Positions 58,135 to 64,000 of a stretch of 64,000 nucleotides of DNA are shown piece by piece (the first letter of the stretch is position 1; each line of letters starts with the position of its first letter). The translations under genes and the position numbers were made by a program. Source of the DNA: an uncultured bacterium (GTDB lineage Bacteria; Actinomycetota; Coriobacteriia; Coriobacteriales; Atopobiaceae); assembly GCA_905214865.1 (NCBI GenBank), contig CAJMNO010000005.1:51997-115996 (forward strand), in the 5' to 3' direction. A model generated the notes under the pieces. That model worked only from the letters and a program-made list of their open reading frames with translations, did not search any database and was not told where the DNA came from.

Positions 58135-58704
58135 GTGCAGGTTAACGACAGCAACAGGAGGAGAAGGAGCATAGGGAGGCTCGGGCTCGTCTGCCTCGTG
58201 CTCCAGCTCGCCCTCGCGCCCAACATCGGCATCGCCGACGGGCGCATCAACTTCGCGCTCGTGTTCTCCGCCTACGTCGCCCTCACCATCGGTGGCAGGA
58301 CGGGGGTCCTCTGCGGCTTCCTCGGCGGGCTCGCCTTCGACCTCTGCACCACCGGTCCCTTCGGGCTCATGACGCTCCTGCTCACGGTGGGGTCGTTCGT
58401 GCTGGGAATGGAGGATCGCAACCGCATCGCCGAGGACCTCTCGGGCTCCATCACGATCTTCCTCATCGTCTCGTTCATCGTCACGCTGCTCTACCACCTC
58501 GCCATGTTCCTGGTGGGGCAGGCGAGCTCGTTCTACGACGTCTTCGTGCTCAGGACGCTGCCCACCTTCGCCCTCACCGCCATCGCCTTCCTCCCGTTCG
58601 CGTTCGTGGGGTCCCACGGCAGCGGGGCGCCCCTTTCCTCCCTCAAGGGCGGGGCGGGGTTCGTGCGCAGGCGCTCCGGCAAGTTCGACCTCGGCAACCT
58701 CTAA
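58135..58704 (+). CDS. mreD: Rod shape-determining protein MreD
   Basis: Small polytopic membrane protein immediately after mreC; GTG start. Confidence 0.6.
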   Translation: MQVNDSNRRRRSIGRLGLVCLVLQLALAPNIGIADGRINFALVFSAYVALTIGGRTGVLCGFLGGLAFDLCTTGPFGLMTLLLTVGSFVLGMEDRNRIAEDLSGSITIFLIVSFIVTLLYHLAMFLVGQASSFYDVFVLRTLPTFALTAIAFLPFAFVGSHGSGAPLSSLKGGAGFVRRRSGKFDLGNL

Positions 58705-58713
58705 GGTCACGCC

Positions 58714-60747
58714 TTGAATCCTGTCCTCATCGTCATAGCCATCCTCGCGGTCATCCTGGTGGCGCTCCTCGTCGTCTTCTTCCTCGTCGGCAGGGGAGAG
58801 GCACGATTCACCTTCGACATCGGGGGGAACGCCCCCAAGGCGTCGGGCGGCTCGGACACCTCGTCCGAGACCGGGTTCAAGACCCGGCTCAACGGCCTGG
58901 GGATCTTCTCCGGCTCCATCATCGCGGTCATTCTCGCCCGGCTCTGGTCGATGCAGCTCATTTCGTCGGACGACTACTCCGCTCAGGCGGAGTCCAACAG
59001 GACCCGCACCATCTCGGTCGACGCGCCGCGTGGCCGGATCCTCGACCGCAACGGCGTGGAGCTCGTGACCAACCGGTCGTCTCTCGCGGTCATGGCAAAG
59101 AGCGACGTCGCAAACGACGAAATCGAGTGCAAGCTTCTCGCCAACCTCATCGGCATGCCCGAGATGGCCGTAAAGCGCAAGGTCGAGGACGCCACCACCG
59201 GCGCGCAGAACCTGAGGACCGTCGCCGTGGACGTCTCGCGGCGCGTCGTCGCCTACGTGGAGGAGCACCCCTCACTCTTCGCCGGGGTGTCCATCGAGCA
59301 GAAGACGCAGCGCCTCTACCCCAACGGAACCCTGTGCGCCCACGTGCTGGGCTACACGGGCTCCATCACCCAGGAGCAGGTGGACAAGCTCGACTCCGAC
59401 CAGTCCGCCTCGTCCATCGACTACGAGCTGGGCGACACGGTCGGCCAGGCGGGCGTCGAGTACCAGTACGAGAGCGTTCTCCAGGGCGTCAAGGGCGAGC
59501 AGGTGGTCTACGTGGACGCCAACGGGTCCGTGCTGTCCCAGTCAAGCTCGGTCGACCCGCAGAGCGGCTCGGACGTCACTCTGACCATCGACGCGACCAT
59601 CCAGAAGGCGGCGGAGGAGTCCCTCTCCAAGCACATCGAGTCGCTCAGGACCTCGGGCAAGACCGAGTGTTACGAGGGGTGCGCCATCGCGATGGACGTC
59701 ACCAACGGCGAGATCATCTGCATGGCGAGCGAGCCCACGTTCTCGCCGAGCGTCTTCATCGGGGGCATCTCGTCCGACGACTGGTCGGCGCTCTCGTCCG
59801 ACGACTCCCACACGCCCATGGTCAACCGCGCCATATCGGGCCAGTACCCCTCCGCCTCCACCATCAAGCCCCTCTCCACCTTCGCCGCGCTCAACTACGG
59901 CATCGCCAACGTCAACTCCACCTACGACTGCACCGGCTACTGGACGGGCTTTGGCTCCGCGTACGGCAAGTACTGCTGGAACCATTCAGGGCACGGCGTC
60001 CTGGGGCTCGTGGGCGGCATCACCTACTCGTGCGATGTCGTCTTCTACGAGATCGGCAAGGGCTTCTACTACTCCGACAACAAGGAGGGGCTGCAGGAGA
60101 CCTACAAGCAGTGGGGCCTCGGCAGCAAGGAGGGCATCGACCTCCCGGGCGAGGCCGAGGGCCGCGTCCCCGACGCGGAGTGGAAGTGGAACTACTACAA
60201 GTCGTCCGACAACGACGCCCGCCAGTGGCAGGGCGGCGACGACGCCAACCTGGTCATCGGCCAGGGCGACCTCCTCGTGACGCCACTCCAGATGCTCTGC
60301 GTGTATGCGGGGATCTCGCTCGACGGTGTCACGTGGAAGCCGCACGTGCTCAAGTCCGTCAACTCGAACGTGGGAAGCGGCTCGGTCGTGGAGTACAAGG
60401 ACAGCAAGCTCAGGACCGTGGACGAGCAGTCCGAGTACATGGACCTCGTCCACGAGGGCCTCTCCGGGGTCATCTACAAGGAGTCGGAGGCCCAGGCCTC
60501 GCACTTCACCAACCTGTCCGTGCAGGTCGCGGGCAAGACGGGCACCGCCGAGACGTCGCACGCGGACCCGACGGGATGGTTCATTGCCTACGCCCCCTCG
60601 GACAACCCCAAGTACGTGGTCGCCTCGGTCATCGAGAACGGCGGGTTCGGCAGCGACGGCGCCATGTACGTGGTCCGCGACATCCTGGGCGCTATCTACA
60701 ACGAGCCGGATACCTCCACCGAGGTCGACTCCTCGGGCGTGAGGTAG
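58714..60747 (+). CDS. mrdA: Penicillin-binding protein 2 (elongasome transpeptidase)
   Basis: 'SASTIKP' (SxxK), 'SCD' (SxN-like) and 'KTGTAE' (KTG) motifs; TTG start; an extra N-terminal TM segment precedes the canonical anchor. Confidence 0.85.
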   Translation: MNPVLIVIAILAVILVALLVVFFLVGRGEARFTFDIGGNAPKASGGSDTSSETGFKTRLNGLGIFSGSIIAVILARLWSMQLISSDDYSAQAESNRTRTISVDAPRGRILDRNGVELVTNRSSLAVMAKSDVANDEIECKLLANLIGMPEMAVKRKVEDATTGAQNLRTVAVDVSRRVVAYVEEHPSLFAGVSIEQKTQRLYPNGTLCAHVLGYTGSITQEQVDKLDSDQSASSIDYELGDTVGQAGVEYQYESVLQGVKGEQVVYVDANGSVLSQSSSVDPQSGSDVTLTIDATIQKAAEESLSKHIESLRTSGKTECYEGCAIAMDVTNGEIICMASEPTFSPSVFIGGISSDDWSALSSDDSHTPMVNRAISGQYPSASTIKPLSTFAALNYGIANVNSTYDCTGYWTGFGSAYGKYCWNHSGHGVLGLVGGITYSCDVVFYEIGKGFYYSDNKEGLQETYKQWGLGSKEGIDLPGEAEGRVPDAEWKWNYYKSSDNDARQWQGGDDANLVIGQGDLLVTPLQMLCVYAGISLDGVTWKPHVLKSVNSNVGSGSVVEYKDSKLRTVDEQSEYMDLVHEGLSGVIYKESEAQASHFTNLSVQVAGKTGTAETSHADPTGWFIAYAPSDNPKYVVASVIENGGFGSDGAMYVVRDILGAIYNEPDTSTEVDSSGVR

Positions 60748-60758
60748 GGAGGTGCGAG

Positions 60759-61979
60759 ATGTCGGGAAAGCCCACGCTGCCAACCGAGAGACGCCAGGGG
60801 GGTCCGCTGGGAGGGCTCCTCTCGCGGTTTGGCTCCACCCGCGGCCGCGGCAGGGTCCGTGCGGGCAGGGGAGGGCTGTTCTACCTCCCGCAGCTCATAC
60901 CCGCCATCGGCCTGATCGTCTACGGCGCCGTCGTGATCTGGTCCGCCTCGCTCACCATCTCGGACGCGTCGTTCCCTCGCCACCTCTTCGGCATCGCCCT
61001 GGGCATGGTCGCTGCCTACCTCGTGTGGCGCTACGACTACCGGGCGCTCGCCAACATGTCAAAGGCGCTCCTGGTCATCGACGTCGTGCTCATGCTCCTG
61101 CCGAGCGTCCCCGGCCTCAGCCACTCGGCGCTGGGCATGACGGGGTGGATCAGGATCCCCATCATCGGCTTCACGTTCCAGCCGTCCGAGGTGGCCAAGC
61201 TCGTGACCATCTACCTCATGGCGTCTCTCGGTGCGGAGTACAACGGCAAGATCGAGCACCTCCGGGACTACCTCAAGCTGTGCGGCATGCTCGCGATACC
61301 CTTCATCCTCATCCTCACACAGCCCGACCTGGGAACCGGCCTCATCATCCTCGTGACGGGCGCCGCCATCATCATCTGCTCCGGTGCCAGGAAGACCTGG
61401 GTCATCGCGACCATCGCCGGCATCGTGGCGCTCGCCGCCCTCGTGGTTGCCACGTCCATGTCGCCGGGGCTCCCGCACCTGCTCAAGACCTACCAGCTCA
61501 AGCGCCTCATTGTGTTCGTGGACCCGTCCGTGGACCCCTCGGGCGACGGCTACAACCTGGCCCAGGCAAAGATCGCGGTCGGCTCCGGCGGGCTGCTGGG
61601 CAAGGGCATCGGCAACGCCTCGCAGGCGGGCAGCGGTTTCCTCCCCGAGGCCCATACCGACTTCGTGTTCGCCCTTTTGGCCGAGGAGTTCGGCTTCGTG
61701 GGGTCGGTGCTCCTCCTCGCCCTGTTCGGCGCCATGATCTTCGCCACCATCTCGCTCGCCCAGCGCGTCGAGTCCCCGTTTGGCAAGCTCGTCCTCGTCG
61801 GCTGCGTGGCCATGTGGTCCTTCCAGCTGCTCGAGAACGTGGGCATGTGCATCGGCATCATGCCCATCACCGGCATCCCGTTGCCGTTCATCAGCTTTGG
61901 GTCGTCGTCCATGCTCGCCCAGTGCGCCTCGATCGGGATGGTGCAGTCCGTGTGGCGGCACAGGCCAAAGGCCGCATAG
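60759..61979 (+). CDS. rodA: Rod shape-determining protein RodA (SEDS family)
   Basis: SEDS polytopic membrane protein with 'PSEVAKL' / 'DFVFA' regions; RBS GGGAGG. Confidence 0.85.
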   Translation: MSGKPTLPTERRQGGPLGGLLSRFGSTRGRGRVRAGRGGLFYLPQLIPAIGLIVYGAVVIWSASLTISDASFPRHLFGIALGMVAAYLVWRYDYRALANMSKALLVIDVVLMLLPSVPGLSHSALGMTGWIRIPIIGFTFQPSEVAKLVTIYLMASLGAEYNGKIEHLRDYLKLCGMLAIPFILILTQPDLGTGLIILVTGAAIIICSGARKTWVIATIAGIVALAALVVATSMSPGLPHLLKTYQLKRLIVFVDPSVDPSGDGYNLAQAKIAVGSGGLLGKGIGNASQAGSGFLPEAHTDFVFALLAEEFGFVGSVLLLALFGAMIFATISLAQRVESPFGKLVLVGCVAMWSFQLLENVGMCIGIMPITGIPLPFISFGSSSMLAQCASIGMVQSVWRHRPKAA

Positions 61980-62105
61980 GGCACCGCCTGCCGCTGCGGT
62001 TGGCGGGGGAGAGGGCCGGGCGCCCTTTGTTGACGCCGCCCCCGCGGGTAGAATGGCGTCGTCGCACTTTGGTTTAGGGGCTATTCGGTTTGGCAGGAGA
62101 GCGGT

Positions 62106-63080
62106 ATGGCGAGAAGGCATTCCCTCACGCTGGGTGACGTCGCTAAGGTCATGGGGTCGGGGCGCGAGTCGCAGCGCCGCCGGTCGGAGGGGGTGTCGCT
62201 TGCCGTGATGGTTGGCGAGGGCGCGTCGGCGACCATCGCGCGCGCCGTCAGGGAGGCCCTCCTCCCGCAGAACGAGACCACCTTCGTCTCGGCGCTCCCG
62301 CTCGAGGGGGCCGTCCCCGCGGGCGTGGACGCTGTGGTCATCCTCCCGGGAAGCCCCGAGGCGGCCGCCGAGCGGGCGGTGGATGCCGCGCGCATGGGCA
62401 TACCCGCCGCCATCCTGGTGTGCTCTCAGGTGGAGGAGCGTCCCGTGCAGGCGGGCGAGGACGTCGCGAGCCTGGTCACGTACCTCTCCGCCGCCAACGA
62501 GCGCGTGGCGGTCGACAAGCTCTGCGAGTGGCTCGTGGGTGCCTGCGCCCCCAAGTCCATTGCGCTGGCTGCCGGGATCCCCGCGTGTCGGCAGAACGTA
62601 GTCCGCTCGCTCGTCAGGTCGTGCGCCCTCGCCAACGTGGGCGTGGGCGTCGTCGACCTCCTGCCCGGGGCGGACCTTCCCGTCATGGCGGCAAGCCAGG
62701 CGCGTCTCGCCTTCGACGTGGCGGCGGCGTACGACCGCAGGCTCTCCGCCTCCGACTTTGGCCTGATCGCCGGCGGGGTCGTGCTCGCGGGGCTGGGCTA
62801 CCGCTCCGTCTCTCGCTCCGTCTCCCGTGCGCTCCCTCCGCTCGCATGGGCGGTTCGGGGCGGCGTCGCCTTTGCCGGGACGGTCGCCACGGGGGCGGTC
62901 GCCCGCGCCTGCGCCTCGGGGACGACGCCGCAGCGGGTCGCCGAGGCAGCCGCCGGGGGCATCGGGAAGGGCATCGAGGAGCTGTCCGCGCGTCTCTCCC
63001 AGATTCTTTCCCGGCGGGGGAGAGAGGACCGCGGCCCCGTTGGCCCCGGCTACATCTCGTTGGGCGGTGAGGGCGAGTGA
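62106..63080 (+). CDS. Hypothetical Ala/Gly-rich protein
   Basis: 324-aa ORF with consistent codon usage and no recognisable motif; stop overlaps the downstream radical-SAM start. Confidence 0.4.
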   Translation: MARRHSLTLGDVAKVMGSGRESQRRRSEGVSLAVMVGEGASATIARAVREALLPQNETTFVSALPLEGAVPAGVDAVVILPGSPEAAAERAVDAARMGIPAAILVCSQVEERPVQAGEDVASLVTYLSAANERVAVDKLCEWLVGACAPKSIALAAGIPACRQNVVRSLVRSCALANVGVGVVDLLPGADLPVMAASQARLAFDVAAAYDRRLSASDFGLIAGGVVLAGLGYRSVSRSVSRALPPLAWAVRGGVAFAGTVATGAVARACASGTTPQRVAEAAAGGIGKGIEELSARLSQILSRRGREDRGPVGPGYISLGGEGE

Positions 63081-64000
63081 GGCTTCCGAGGCAGGACTGG
63101 TACCCCCGGCTCGAGCCGCTCCTGGGCAAGGTCGAGAAGCCGTCGCGCTACCTAGACCACGAGTGGGGCGCCGTGGAGAGTCAGGACGGCCCCTTCCACG
63201 TGTGCATGATATACCCCGACGTCTACGACGTGGGGCAGCCCAACCTGGGCATCGCGATCCTCTACCAGGCCATCAACCGCCAGGAGGGAATGTCGTGCGA
63301 GAGGGGCTTCCTCCCCTGGGTCGACATGGCGGACCTCATGCGGGCGGAGGGGATCCCGCTCCTCTCGCTCGAGACGTCGTCCCCCGTGGCGTCCTTCGAC
63401 GTCGTGGGGTTCACGCTTGCGCACGAGATGGCGTGCACCAACATCGTCGAGGCCCTGGACCTCGCGGGCATACCCCTGCGCGCGGGGGAGCGCTCCGAGG
63501 ACGACCCGGTCGTCTTCGCCGGCGGCCCCTCGGTGTGGAACTCCGAGCCGGTGAGCCCCATGTTCGACGCCATCCTCCTCGGGGACGGCGAGGAGGGCCT
63601 GGTCGAGATGTGCGCCCTCGTCCGCGACCTCAGGGGGAGGGGCGCGGCACGCTCCGACATCCTCAAGGCGCTCGCACGCCTCGACGGGGTGTACGTACCC
63701 TCCCTGTACGATGTCGAGGTCGGGCCGACCACCACGCGGTGGGGCAGGGCCGTCCCCAAGCCGGGGAGCGGCGCCCCCAAGGTCGTGAGGAAGCGGTGCA
63801 TCCCCGACCTCTCCGTGACCGACCCGCTCCCCCAGAAGATCGTCCCCTACGTGGGACTGGTGCAGGACAGGCTCGCGGTGGAGGTCCTGCGCGGGTGCGC
63901 CCGGGGGTGCCGGTTCTGCCAGGCGGGCATCACCTACCGCCCGGTGAGGGAGCGCCCCGCCGAGCAGGTCGTCGAGGCCGCCGAGGAGGGGCTGGCGTGG
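63077..64000 (+). CDS. Radical SAM protein (B12-binding-like N-domain + rSAM; TIGR03960-like), 3'-truncated by the window end
   Basis: No stop before the window end. 'CARGCRFCQAG' CxxxCxxC radical-SAM motif near the end; GTG start overlapping the upstream stop. Confidence 0.7.
   Translation, partial: MRLPRQDWYPRLEPLLGKVEKPSRYLDHEWGAVESQDGPFHVCMIYPDVYDVGQPNLGIAILYQAINRQEGMSCERGFLPWVDMADLMRAEGIPLLSLETSSPVASFDVVGFTLAHEMACTNIVEALDLAGIPLRAGERSEDDPVVFAGGPSVWNSEPVSPMFDAILLGDGEEGLVEMCALVRDLRGRGAARSDILKALARLDGVYVPSLYDVEVGPTTTRWGRAVPKPGSGAPKVVRKRCIPDLSVTDPLPQKIVPYVGLVQDRLAVEVLRGCARGCRFCQAGITYRPVRERPAEQVVEAAEEGLAW

Overview
High-GC (~65-68%) window with 51 confident protein genes and one tRNA, dominated by core metabolism and cell-envelope functions. 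The gene content (fermentative, [FeFe]-hydrogenase, arginine deiminase pathway) suggests an anaerobic Actinobacteria/Coriobacteriia-like organism; this taxon is an inference. Gene order from the left:
- a YegS/DagK-family lipid kinase, rnd, a Zn metallopeptidase, xseAB, a HIT protein, a C_GCAxxG_C_C protein, ackA, a GNAT and an aldose-1-epimerase;
- an NMT1/SsuA-like binding protein plus a fused permease-ATPase ABC gene;
- pckA, then a GltD-like flavoprotein translationally coupled to an [FeFe]-hydrogenase HydA (a group A2-type pair);
- pta, glf plus a GT2 glycosyltransferase, a DmpA-like peptidase and maf, a small ferredoxin;
- a compositionally atypical (~50% GC) membrane GGDEF-degenerate/EAL gene;
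- rlmD and ppk1;
- an arginine deiminase cluster (arcA, arcB, arcD and a YfcC-family transporter) with no arcC in the window;
- trpS, a YgjP/M48-like hydrolase and 5-formyltetrahydrofolate cyclo-ligase (MTHFS);
- a compact 8-gene aromatic amino-acid operon on the minus strand (DAHP synthase, tyrA, aroB, aroA, aroC, pheA, an aroE-aroK fusion, and a PTS-EIIB-domain::type II dehydroquinase fusion) sitting directly downstream of tRNA-Arg(CCG);
- a P-type ATPase, acnA, a zinc-ribbon membrane protein, cyclophilin and a TPR protein;
- the rod-shape cluster mreBCD-mrdA-rodA, followed by a hypothetical protein and a partial radical-SAM gene.
No transposase, integrase, CRISPR or recognisable defence system was seen. 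The most unusual items are:
- the EIIB::AroQ fusion;
- the repeat- and palindrome-rich 620-bp convergent spacer at 20.0-20.6 kb, which contains a lac-operator-like 24-bp perfect palindrome;
- the low-GC EAL gene with a 400-bp structured leader;
- a 40-bp perfect palindrome inside the ABC operon;
- the arcC-less arginine deiminase locus with two transporters.
Coordinates of hairpins and repeats were indexed by hand and may be off by 1-2 nt.
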